The translations under genes and the position numbers were made by a program. From Pelomyxa schiedti (taxonomy: Eukaryota > Protista > Evosea), in NCBI GenBank assembly GCA_020536535.1, contig JAHLWZ010000053.1, positions 34,842-98,841 of the forward strand: a stretch of 64,000 nucleotides of DNA, in the 5' to 3' direction. Of the stretch, positions 1 through 11,721 are shown in pieces (position 1 is the first letter of the stretch; each line of letters opens with the position of its first letter). The notes under the pieces were generated by a model. That model saw only the letters and a program-made list of their open reading frames with translations. It was not told the DNA's origin and made no database searches.

Positions 1-403
1 CCAGCCATTGCTTCACTTGCAAGATCAAGACCCGAAATTTTACAGCTTATCCAGCAGAATCAAGGAGATTTCCTGCGACTTATGGCGGAGTTAGCCCCTG
101 GTCTTGGTGGTGGTCCTGCAACTGGTGGAGGTGGTGAGGGAGCGATGCCAAGGTATGCACCTTGAAGTATTGCTTTACCTCTAAAACTACAATAGATCCA
201 TTCAAGTCACTCCTGAAGAGAAGGCGGCAATTGAGCGGGTAATTTTTCTCTTTTTCACTTCCACTGTACTAACTTGCACCAAGTTGGAGGCTCTTGGCTA
301 CGACCGTGCTACCGTCATGCAAGCGTATTTTGCTTGTGACAAGAATGAGGAGTTGACAGCCAATTGGTTGCTTGAACATGGCCATGACGATGACCAGGAG
401 TGA
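1..403 (+). CDS. RAD23: UV excision repair protein RAD23, 3' end (XPC-binding/STI1 + UBA2), 5'-partial
   Basis: Spliced translation ...[19 protein letters not shown]...[14 protein letters not shown]|[30 protein letters not shown] matches the RAD23 C-terminal UBA. Two GT-AG introns; TGA at 401-403. Confidence 0.93.
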
Positions 404-581
404 TTCGTCTTTTAATGTTCTTGGACTATTTTTCCCTTTGTCTGTCGCCCACCCCACAAACACGGGAGACACCAAAGAAGTATTTTTGTGAACCCACAAG
501 CGTTTTCAAATAAACTCAATTCTATCATCTTTTTTTTTTTTTTTTTTTTGTAAAGGCACAGATAGATGTGTCGGCGTAAAC

Positions 582-1227
582 TCAGCAAATGGGTTCACAG
601 AGGTCGAGGGTGCAACTGTTATTTTCGTGACCCACATAGGCCTCGTAACACGCCCTGGTTGTGTCGGACTTGAGCCCTTGTGCGGCCAGCATATCCATGA
701 ACATGGCCCAGGCGGGTCCAAACTGCTCACAGCCAATGGTGCAGTGTCCCACTGCGTATTTGCCACCAGGCACGATCATCACATTCTTCCCAGCTGACTG
801 GGCTCTTTCTGTGTGTTGGTGAGGATAGGTTTTGATAGTTGATAATCAAACATCGAAGGATTATGTGAATCATCAAAGACAGGACAAAAAGAAAAAAGAT
901 TTGTGAGAGAATAACGACCTGCTTGGGGATCATCAGCACGAGGCAGGCACGAGAACGGAGCTGATCCACGGGGGTGGAGTAGGGGTCGTTGTAATATATT
1001 CCCAGTGTCCTCATTTCGGCCTCAGGCAAACCGAAAAGTGTTTCTCCTGCTCTGACCACCTGCCGTTTCGTTGTTAAGGACAGCTACAAACAAACCAACA
1101 GTGACAGAGGGGAGCTCACCGCGTCGAATTTTAGTCCAATGAGGTTGTAGGCCCCGCAGTGCTCCTCGTAGAGAACTGTCACTGGTGCCCTCTCTTGCAC
1201 GCTCATGCTGATTTGAATATCTGCCAT
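582..1227 (-). CDS. GyrI-like small-molecule-binding (AraC effector-binding) protein
   Basis: MADIQISMSVQERAPVTVLYEEHCGAYNLIG...TLGIYYNDPYSTPVDQLRSRAC...IVPGGKYAV...FGPAW...CYEAY...DLCEPIC carries the GyrI-like signatures (H.G.Y, GIYY.DP, PGGKYAV, E.Y). Two introns. Confidence 0.8.
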
Positions 1228-1248
1228 GGTGGTTTTGGCTGTGTTTGT

Positions 1249-1286
1249 TTAATTAAAAGTGATCAGAGGGCGTGCCCTTATAAGGG
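1249..1286 (-). promoter_or_regulatory. candidate core promoter: palindromic CCCTTATAAGGG (TATA-like) plus TTAATTAA
   Basis: A 12-bp palindrome at 1275-1286 and TTAATTAA at 1249-1256 lie 22-59 bp upstream of the ATG at 1227. Function is inferred only. Confidence 0.3.
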
Positions 1287-1473
1287 GCAAAAGAAATCTT
1301 TATTTTTCTGTCTATTTGGGGGGCTTCTCGAAATCGGCTGGGGCTTTGGCAACATCAACATCAGTCTGAAGAATGCCAACCGGTTTTGTGGTCAATTTGT
1401 GTTTGATAAACCTTCTGAGGTTTTGGTCTTCAGGAGAGTTACCAACTCCAGGCTCTGTGGAATTGACTTTCGA

Positions 1474-4400
1474 TCAAAATTCATTACGGAAGAGGACGCT
1501 CTTCCGTTTGTGGCGAAGCGCTAGGCGGCACAGCAACAAAACGGATGTAGCCGTCAGCGTGTGTAGAACGACGGCGGCGAGGAGGATCCAAAACGCTGGC
1601 TCTGGTGTGGCTGTAATACTTGCGCACACGTCCTCGTGGTTGAGTGCGGCATCAAAGTATTTCTCCAGCACTGCATTGACCGAAGCGCACTTTGTTGTGG
1701 TGAGAAGTTGAGAAAACTGCTTGAGCTGAAGGAAAAACCCAACAAGTACCGCTGTGAAAACCTGATAAAGGTCAGCGTAAAATATGCGTAAATGGCATAC
1801 GTCGACGGCAGACCAGGCGTATAAACTCTCGCTAAGGCACATTAAAATCTCTTGGTGATAGAGTTTGACAGGTAGAACCCAGAGCAACAGAATGGAAAGT
1901 ATGCTGCAAAGTGGAAGAGCAATGACAGTAAGAGTAAAAACCACGATTGTAATGAGTGTGCGGAAGCTGAGTGAACTTGACTTCAAAATGCATTGTGGTA
2001 CTTGAATTAACGAGAAAGGTCTTGATGAAGGTGAGTTGAGTGCATTGAGGACCCATCCGGCAGCACCGCCTATCTGAAACCCAAATGCTAGTTCCTTCAA
2101 AGAAAACGCAAGGAGAAGTACAGATAAAATGAGACATATTGCCACCGTTGATGCTGCTACTACCCTCAAAGAGTAGTGCCGTATCCTTGCCAGGGCCGAG
2201 AGGCACAAGGGAGTGCTAGGCGCGGGTCTAGTTATAGATTGAACTCTACACCTCATTTCTTGATAATTTGAGTAGTGATGCGCAGCAACAATGGAATGTG
2301 TAATAATCAAGCATAGTACTGTTCCAAGTAGAAAGCACGTCAAACCATACAGGGGCTCCACGTGCAGAGTCCCATTTAAGGGTGCCTCCACTGAATTTTG
2401 TTGTGGCGGAATATCCAATGATGTATCAAATGCTATTGCCATGAGCATCAGCACAAAGAAGGCAGTAAGGGACCACTTCCCAAACATATCTAAGGGATAT
2501 TAAAAACTAACCGGCTAAATGGAGACGATACTGATAAGAATAAGAATGACCTCCCGCTTCTTGATTGAAAGATATGTAAGCGGGACAGTCCACACAAGTA
2601 GTAGAGCTGCCAGTTTGAGGTATGGCCATACACCTGTTAGAAACACAAGAATGACTGCCAGAGCCCTTACACCTGCTTCCCAAATGATCTTTATGCATTA
2701 GTGAAGATTCACAGTATTGTACTTACATCGAGACATCCTGAAATATTGAAGATGAATATAGGCGGTAGTTGAACAGTCCGCTTTGCGCCAGTGGTGACAG
2801 AGAGGTAAACCCCACTAGAGCCAGTTGTGTTGGAGGACACAAGTAGAACGAAATCTGCAAGTATCAACATGGGTACTGAGTAACGCACTGCAATATGTAT
2901 GAATCTGTTCCACATCAAGCACTCAGAAACATGCTTTCTTTGTTTCTCCTCGACTGAATTCGCTGATAACTTGCTCCTGTGAGCATGACAAAACCAGCTG
3001 ATCAATACAACTACCCAAAACGAGCTTGCTGCTGCAATGAGGGCAGAGTATGTTGCTATCTTATTTGCAGTTTCCAGTGGTTTCCTGAAATCCTTTACAG
3101 ATGGGCATGTTGAATTGGACAGCAGCAACAGAAGGAAGGTGTTGAAATTGTTTTTAAGAGGAGTCATCACAACTTCATTGAGGACAGGAGTAAACGTTGC
3201 TGAGAATGCCTTGTTGAATAGTACCAAGACACTATTGAGGACGTCATTGAGATCAAGCTCTAGCATATCAGCCTCCGCCTTGGTGTCTATCCTAAGGCTT
3301 GTGTTGCCCAGTCTAAGTAAGAGATCCATCATTTTTGAAGTATTTCCTTCAAACAGGGATAATAAACATTCCAGATTGTAGCACTGTGCTTTTGTATAAT
3401 TGAAAGATCGTTGCGGAAAGAACGCCATCTGTAGTGTGGAATACAGACCGAAGTCTGTGAGTAGAACAGTGAAAGTTAGATCTTCATGTAGCTCATATAA
3501 ATCATGCAACTGTGGCGAGACCAGCGATATATCAAACTGAAGAGTTATATTGGCACCGAAGTTGTCCAGAAGCGGTGTGGATAGAAGTGTAGCCGGATCG
3601 ATTGGTATCAGGAATTCAAACTCCTCCCAAGACGTAAGTCCAAAAAGGCTGATTCTGGTAATATTAAAGGATAAACCGAGTACTTCCCCAAGTGAAATAT
3701 TTTTACAAAAAGCAGTCTCTCTGGAAATACTTCCTAGATTATGGTAAATGGTGGATTCGGCTTCATTTCAAATCTTACCTGTGTTGTTTGTTACATCTTT
3801 CATAATCTTATTGACTCCAGCTATGCCTTCAATACCCACCAGATCATTTAACAGATAGGTCGCAGCCGATACTGCAGAACAGTTCTGTAAATTCTGTGCC
3901 CCTGGCCGGATCAGTGGCAAAATGGGTGGAAATTGCGGGCCAATAACCATGTGATATGTTCTTTGATACACATAGGAAATGGCCTGTGTGCCCCAAAAGT
4001 TGATTTGGGCTGAAAATTCTTTACAAATTGCAGAAGCGAGAAGAGATTCAATGTCATAGTTGGCAAGAAGTATACTGGGGCGGTCAATATCGACATGGGA
4101 ATGATGATTCACGATGTTTGGGGAACTAGAAAATTGGAGGTGGATATCTGCATGACAATAAGAAGTATTCAAAGCCGTAGGCAATCCGGAGATGGAATCG
4201 AATTCTATAAGAGATATGCCAACAGACATGGAAGAATTCTCTAACGTGCTCAGTACGCTTCCCCCTCGTTCCGTTTGGCGGCGGTTTTTAATATGGCGAG
4301 ACCACCACTCTGCTGTGCAAGTAGCTCCAATTCCAATGGCATCAATGTTGATCCCATTTTCTACGTTCACCGGCACAACAGCATCCATAGAGAAACCAGT

Positions 4401-4601
4401 GCACACAATCGATGTGACATTGACAAATACTTCATGTTGCACTCCAGGCGTGCTGAAGTTGAAGTGAAGACTCAGATCCGAAGGTGCAATCTCCAAATTC
4501 TCCAGAAAGCATCTCAGATCGCATCCCTCTCCCTTTATTAGCCAACACAAGGAAAACAGCCACAACGTCAGTCTCACATAGTTTCCAACCAGCACACCCA
4601 T
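1474..4601 (-). CDS. Multi-pass membrane protein: signal peptide, large lumenal region and two PqiA/LetA-like repeats
   Basis: MGVLVGNYVRLTLWLFSLCW signal, then an N-glycosylated ectodomain. This is followed by IWEAGVRALAVILVFLTGVWPYLKL, FGKWSLTAFFV and YAWSAVDV, which resemble the PqiA W-S-x-x-D-V motifs. ORFs 3768-4832, 2709-3509 and 1474-2487 are exon blocks. Confidence 0.65.
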
Positions 4602-4841
4602 CTTCTTTCTTAATTTATATCTCTCTGTCCTGGGCCACCCATTCCGCAAACCGCGGCAAGATACACCACTCCCCTGCCAAAGTGTCAAACAATCTTTTAT
4701 CCTCAAACTTTTAAAGACACATAACACAAGAAATTCTTCTCTATTAGAAAACACAAAGGCCTTCGATCCACCCATTAATATAATAGGTGGATAAGTGTGA
4801 GTTCTGGGCTTGTTTGACGTGATGAGTGGCACGCCACGAGC

Positions 4842-6256
4842 TCAGAATGATAAGGAATCCAAGTCTAGGCCACTAGCCATGGCACTGAGGTCCAGACCCG
4901 TGGTTATGATTGGTTCCCCTTGATCGGGTGCATCACAGAGTTGTGACTGAAGAAGAGCTGCAAGCTGGGCATTTACCTCGGTTTTTTCTTGCTGAAGTGT
5001 GGCATTTGTGGTACGGAGCGTGGCCATCTCGGCTTGTAGGCCTATTATTCAATGTTACATCATCACCCTTTAAACCACATAACACTGCACTGGGGGGGGA
5101 GTCATACTTTTAATTGTTTCACTATCATGCTTTCTCTGTTCCTTGTGCTGAGGGACAACATAAGTATAACTACCGACTTACTATCAGAAAAAACTACCTG
5201 ACGTAATTCTTGTGCCAAAGCTTGACACTTTTGTTGCAATACAGCCATCCCTTGAGTGCTGTTGTTTCTCAATTCTGCCGCGGTAGTTTCAGCCTAGTGC
5301 AATGTTAGTGAATGTGAGTACCACTTTGACATAGTTACAACATGCGCTATTTGTTCTTTCAAAACCCTAATTTCCTCTTTGGCTTTCTCGACTTCCTCCA
5401 ACTGAAAAGGAATTAAAAGGACTCAGGGTGCGCAGTTGGGTACCAATAGAGTTGGAGAATTATGTCTATGGTGCTTATGCTGCATGGTAAGTGTAAGTAC
5501 TCGGAGCGATTTTGTGTACATAAGGTCAAGGGAAAGGTACCCTATCTCCATTAATTTGATCAGCTGAGGTTCTTTCCGCAGATGATTTTTCTGAGCGGTG
5601 ATGGTGCTTGTGGTGTGATCTGTGACTCCCCCCTGGCTGTGGAGATGTCGATTGAAGATACTCATCAACAATCAACGCGAGTTCCTCATAACTGCCACAC
5701 TGCAGGGCCACTATTGGCGGTGTCTGGTGTGCCAATGCAACATAAGGGTGCGAGAATGGAAAAGGAACAAGAAAACTCACGGTTGTAGGGAACGGTGGAT
5801 GGTCCGCGCCAGCTTTCGCAACGGCGTCGGGTGGGGCTTGGTCCCCAATCCTTAGGAAGAGCCAGGTGTTTGTTGGTTAAGGTTTTTTTTTTTTTTTTTT
5901 GGGAGGAGGTTTAGACTAGGTCAGAGAGGGCAAACCAAGTCACAAAAAAGAACATGCGGTTCCCCTTCTTCGACGCATGGAAAAAGCACATCAGGACTTC
6001 ATTAGGGGACAAATTGGGAATCATGGACTGCAGCCCGCCACGGCCACTGTCCAGCACAACATATTTCCCAAGCGACTGAGCTCTCATTATAACCCTAACC
6101 AAATGCACAAATGTAAGCACCACGAATCAAAAGGGTAAGTAAAAAAAAAAAAAAAAGTATTGTGGAGACGCGCAGGAGATCTCTCAGCCACGTCATCACG
6201 CAAACGTACCAGTCGTATTTTAGCGACACCACCGCTGCCATGGCAGTATCCGCCAT
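4842..6256 (-). CDS. Coactosin/drebrin-like ADF-H domain protein with C-terminal coiled coil
   Basis: Spliced MADTAMAAVVSLKYDW|VIMRAQSLGKYVVLDSGRGGLQSMIPNLSPNEV...GNRMFFFVTW|IGDQAPPDAVAKAGADH...IVALQCGSYEEL fits the coactosin ADF-H pattern (SG.GGL, FVTWIG). Downstream exons are heptad-rich (LEEVEKAKEEIRVLKEQ). Confidence 0.65.
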
Positions 6257-6484
6257 CACCCCGTTATGGCCACCGGTGTTGTCCTTGCTTTTTGTTTTCG
6301 TTCTTTTCGGAAACCGAGAAGTTCGATGAAACCTGGAAAGGAACGGCCTCTGCTCGTGACAATTTATCGCACACTGTTCTCCGGAGTGAGGAGCTTTTAT
6401 TGTGCTCCGCAGCACGTTCTTTTTCATAAAATTTGTGGCAAGTTTTTACAACATAAGTACAGGGTCATGTCCTTGTGGCTTGGG

Positions 6485-8571
6485 TCACAGAGTCCAGGGT
6501 ATCAAGTCATTGACAGAGAAGGTGTGTATGTTTTGGGGTTTCCATATTTCTACGGTGACGGCGTTTGGCTGTGTCTCCCACCTTGTATCTTTGATTGCAA
6601 CAGCTTCCATGACATCTTTCCCGCAAACGGCGTGTGGCTGGTCATACACTGTGTGCTTCCGCTCGGTAAACTCACTTCTCAAGTCAATCATGTAGCCTTT
6701 CTCCCAGAACTCCGTCAAGAGTAGTAGCACCAGTGTGGATGGTGGCATCTTTTGGCTGCTGGTTAGGGAGTAATTGTCGTCTGTATTTGTATTGCTGTGC
6801 CGGTGATGCAAGGGAATCCTCAACATTGCATAAGAGTCTACTGGCACATAGGCAAAGTCATTCAAGTCACTCAAAACAGCTGACTTGGCGGAATGCCAAG
6901 ACGTGGGGTTACATAAATGAGCAAGTGGGACTCCAATTGCTGAAACAAGCTCTCCTAGTGATTTTGACTTGACCTATTCAAAAAAATTGTGAGAAAAAAA
7001 AGGACAAAAGGCTGAGTTAACCAGCTCCCGCGCTGAGAGAGTAACATGCAACTTATCCAGTGGTGAGAATAGGGTGATGTTGTCCATTGCTGTGGTGCCA
7101 AAAGATGTAAAAATTGAAACATTTTCACTGTGGTACCTTGAAAAGTAGGTTATCAAAGGAATTGGAAAAAGAAATTTACTCGTGATGGTTGTGTGTGAAA
7201 CTATAGTGAAAGTTGGTGTGGAACTTGAACTGGGCACAATGGGTTCTCCAATTTGAGGATGTATTGTACAGTGCCATTTGAAGTGGGTGCGACGAACCCA
7301 TCTTTATGCCAAGCACGTAGGAACTTGAACTAATTCTTACCTGCATGCAAGGAAGAATTAATGGCAGTTGAAAGAAGCGGATGGTTACATAAAAACTCCT
7401 TGTGGAATCTTCAGCGGTAATCGACATGTTGGAAGTTACTCGTTGTTTGATGTTCCAGAAGTCGGGAATAACCCCTGCTGACAGACAAATTACAGGCGCC
7501 TCTGCACTGCTGGCCATGGGTCTCTTTAATTCAATCTTCATTTAGTGAGAACTTAAGCAAAAACAGTGGTAAGTAGTCGCCAATATTTACAGGGAATTCT
7601 TTCTTGTAAAACGGAAAATCCGGCGCAACATGAACTTTACCGATCATTTGAGGTTCGGAGCTAAGGTCTTCTTCTACCAGCTACAGGTTCGGAACCCAAA
7701 AGTACATTTAAAGATGGGTAGAATTGTAGGAATACAAACTCCAATTGTGAGAGGACCAAGGTTCCCCCGTACAACAAACCTATGGTTCCTGTTTTGCAAA
7801 AAAAAAAAAAAGAAGTGAGAATAAAAAACCAGACGGTGCAACGAACCAAGTGGGGTCACCCATGCATTCACAAGATGGAGTTTTGTGTATCTCCACGACT
7901 CCGGGAAATTGAATAGTACATGTTACGTCCATTAATACAGAGGTCGGCCGAGAGGGAAGAGACCGCGCACTGTGAGCGTATACCTCGTACATCACGCGAA
8001 CAGTGCTGTGCCCACCAATTCGCACGGACGTGGTCGGATGCAGCGACGTCGAGCTGCGCTGCGACGCTTTGTTGCGACCAATCGCACTAGCCTCGGTCTT
8101 GGCAACGGCCGTCGCCTTGGCCACACTTTGCGGAGGCAGCGACAGCGCCCGCACGAGCGCGCCGGGGCCAGTGTCGTCCGCCGCCGCCACCGCCGGCGAG
8201 GCCGGCCTCGTCACAACGTCCTCGCCTGCGCCGTTGTCCGGCGGCTCCGGGCCCTTGGCTCCCGTGGGCCTGGTGGCGTCGCCGCTGTTTGCAGCAGGGG
8301 CCCCGGGGCCGCCGCTCGACGTGGGTGCACTGGCGCAAGAGGGGGAAACAGCCTTGCAGCTCGTCTCGGCCCAGCGCCGTAGGTGGGGCGTCGAATACTC
8401 CCCTTTCACGGTCTTGTGCCGCGGCGGTCTGGTTTGCACCCCTGTGGTCTCCGCGTTGTGGTGGTGTTTGTTCGGCGCAGGACCGTCTCTGCCGGTGTGA
8501 TGATGCCTGGTTATGGGCTTTGAAACAATGCTCGCATTCTTGACTACGACCACAGAAGACCCGCACCCCAT
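6485..8571 (-). CDS. Hypothetical protein with N-terminal myristoylation/palmitoylation motif (MGCGSS) and putative C2-like domains
   Basis: MGCGSS start, GC-rich low-complexity first exon, then beta-rich segments YEVYAHSARSL...GDPTW and LHVTLSAREL|VKSKSLGELVSAIGVPL. Multiple GT-AG introns. The C2 call is tentative. Confidence 0.5.
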
Positions 8572-8733
8572 CCAAGACGTGAGTATTATTTGCTGGTTGT
8601 TGTTTGCTGTGGTTGATCGGTTTTTTAAAGGAAATCTCTTTCCATCGGTAACTAATCCCGGGCAAACGAATCGGTTTTCGCTAAGACAGAAGTGTGTTGT
8701 TGATCAACCACCAATTCCCAATGGAGTCAAACG

Positions 8734-11425
8734 TCAAGGTAGGGAATTAGTGGAAGTACCAGGAGGAACAACAGGAGCAAGGGTCACCATAGTGGTATTG
8801 AACGTGGGTCCGCCACCCAGTGTCTGTGGTATTGGGCTGGTAAGTACGTTTTGCAGAGTGCCGCAGGTGCCGCGGGCCTCCTTTGGGCACCATACAACAC
8901 CTGGGGGCATGGTGTCTGTTACGCGTGTGGTGAGTGTCACACTGCCCTGGTCATTCTGGAGTGTGCAGGAGCTGCCGTTGGCAATGTGGAGGCGCTCGGC
9001 GTCTCTTGGGTTGATGTCTGAATATTAGGCGAGCGGAGTGGGTGGTTTAGGGTGAATTTGGGAGGGAAGGGGACTTACAAACTGTGGGGGGAATTGGCCC
9101 GTATACGTGCTGGAATTGACTGTGAGTGTACTGTGGAACGGCACTGTTCAGCATAACGAATGTGTTGGAGTTACGAGATGGAATAGGAAGTTGGACAGGC
9201 ACTGGGCTTATCCCGGCAGCCGCAGCCCGTTGTGAGCTGAACTCGATTTTTCCAGTTGGAGTAGGGTAGTGATTTTTTGGTAGGCACTGTAGGGAAATGA
9301 ATGCGCCATCAAAGAATGTAATAGGAAGGAAACTGTACCTTCAAAGAAACTGTCTCACCATTAAAAAACCGTTCCATGTCTGCTGGAGATAGGGAATCTT
9401 TCATAGCAATTCTCATGGCCGCGCGAGGATCTTCAGTGATGCATTCATCAGTAATCCCTAGTCTAGATGCAATTTCTCGCATCAGCTGCACACAGGTTTT
9501 AAAAAAGATCAGATAGGAAAAAAAGGACTCACCCAGAGCTCATCACGAGATTCGGATAGTGGTCTGGCAATAGGCAGATTTAAACGAACGTAATTGTGAG
9601 TCCATGGAAGTACAACTTCTTCTTTCTCCAGAAATGAGGAAGCTGGCAAAACAACATTTGCGAATTGCGCCGATTCCGTCCAGCAAGTATCATGAACAAC
9701 CACAAATACATCACTTCGTTTCAGCTTGTATTATTTCGGGTAAGCTAGCTGGTAATTGACATTGAAGAGATACTCCTAAATGCACAGACTTCAAATCCGG
9801 AAGTGTTACTGCTGGATTCATATCTAAGTTAAATCAGTATCCCTTTTGGAAACCACTTAAACAGACTGAAGATAAAAATGAACTTAAATTCGCCTTTGCT
9901 CATAGCTTGACCAATACTTATCAAGCTGGTGACTTTAGAAGGCCCTTTCGTACCTCTCGTTGTTAAATAATCTCCGTCCACAGGGTAGGCAGATCCGTTC
10001 CTGTGCATCACTGTGAACACTTAGACTAACCATGTGATAGGAGGTGTACGAATAAAAGAATCCACGGTGCAAGCCAAGAAGTGCTGGGATAAGAGACACA
10101 GCTCTTGAAGCCTCAGCTCCATAGAAAGATTTCTGAAATCCCAGACCAATCATGGAGGCACTTGGTTTAAGTGACGCATATCTATGACAGTTAGGCACGG
10201 CAAACCGCTTGTAAGCACACAATTTTCCAAGACTTTCAATATCTGTCAATGGGATTCCTGTAAGTGAGCTTACGCGGTCTAGATCCCACTGCATAATCAT
10301 TTCTTTGTACTCAGTAAAGCCAGTAGTGAACTCCGTTATAAATTCGTTATCTTTTGAGTTGCTTTTGAGTTTGAATAAGGTTGTCTGGAAGGCACACCAA
10401 TCATATTGTTCTTGATAAGGAAATGCGCAATACCCAGAGCAAGCGCAGTATCAGTCCCCACTGCAGGGTGAAGCCAAATGTCAGAGCCAGAAGCTGTCTC
10501 ACTTTTTCTGCAATCAATGGTAACTATTATAGTACCATTTCGTTGTGCCTTGAAGAAAGGACCGAAGAAAGATATAAGATATTTAAGAACATCACACAAC
10601 GAAATGGTTGCCTACCTGTTTGGCAAGTGCCCATGCGTGAATGAAACTCACAGCTGGATTAAATCCCCAGAAAACGATTAATTTTTGATGAAGTAATTCT
10701 TCTGGCTTTGTTGGAATGGTAAATGCCCTGCAAACGAAGTTTGCACACCTGCACGCCGTACTGGAGGCCATAGTGGTATTTTATCGCCGTAGCACCGGAC
10801 ATACTGCACAAGGTGTAGTCAGTCTAAAGGTTCATTGGTAAGAGATATGATGTCTGTAGAACGATACAGCTGCAGAGCCAATAGTATTCCACAATCTAAG
10901 AGCTATCATGGAAGTATATGCCCCTGCATTTCCAGCAAAGTCCTGATAACAGTTAAAATAAACGGGTCTACTGTTCAACATGCAAGGGAAGGGAGGCGAA
11001 CCAAATGCAAAACCGATTCAGGTCCATATGTCTCAATGGTCTTCTGCATGACAGAACACACTTTATCCAGGGCGTTCTGCCAGGAGCAGCGAGCGAGGGG
11101 TTCGTCCTTACTCTCCCGCATGTGAGGAAATCCAACCCTATTAGTAATGCGATTTTTGTGGTCCATTGACCCCCTAGCACACAAAAAGCCCTGCATCGTT
11201 GTTACACGGAAGGGAAAAAGAAGAAAAAAAAACCGTACTCTTGTTACGGGGTGATCTGGGTCGCCCTTCAAAGGGGCCAAAAGAACGTCGTCCGGTGCAT
11301 CCTCAACAGGCAAAGTAGCAATTGACGTGCAAGTGTCGTAGCAATCTACGAGGGAAAAACCGCAACTAAACGCCACATAATCAAAGATAAAGACAGTTAC
11401 CCCGTGCACACGCAATGCGCCTCAT
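8734..11425 (-). CDS. Molybdopterin (Mo/W-bis-PGD, DMSO-reductase superfamily) oxidoreductase catalytic subunit with N-terminal 4Fe-4S motif
   Basis: MRRIACAR|DCYDTC...KGDPDHPVTR|GFLCARG (4Fe-4S motif); CSWQNALD; TDYTLCS; LIVFWGFNP; TIDCRKSETA..SDIWLHPAVGTDTALA; VVVHDTCWTESAQFANVVLPASSFLEK; TPTGKIEF; C-terminal INPRDAERLHI dinucleotide-binding domain. About a dozen or more GT-AG introns. Confidence 0.93.
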
Positions 11426-11721
11426 TATCGGGAAATAAACAAACACTCCGTACAGTGTTAGGTTTTGAGAATCTTGGAGTTCCAAGATCCTGCAAGTCAG
11501 AAATTATGGGGAAGATGTGGCATGTCAAGGTGCCAAGCGAAACTGTCAATGTGCTTGTGAGTCCGATTTCTGGGGGACTGAGGATGTGCCTGCCGCGAAT
11601 TCCTTCATCAGGAGCACGGTGGCCAACAACCACCATTTGGGAAATCGCGGAATGACATCTTCTTTCGTAGTTTTTTTGAGAAACATCAACGCGAAGCAAA
11701 ACACAAATTTTGTGTCCCTGG

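Noticed and set aside
795-945. Possible -1 frameshift in the GyrI-like gene (an alternative frame reads ADDPQA-ERAQ)
   Set aside because: A canonical phase-0 splice to the CCCAG acceptor keeps the frame. An assembly indel cannot be excluded without reads.
6160-6724. Plus-strand ORFs with a Kelch-like PSPRYGHR motif
   Set aside because: Single motif only. The region is better explained by the minus-strand ADF-H gene start and the 3' end of the upstream gene.
10806-10808. Possible selenocysteine at the Mo-ligand position
   Set aside because: The codon is TGC (Cys), and no in-frame TGA was needed in the exons I translated.
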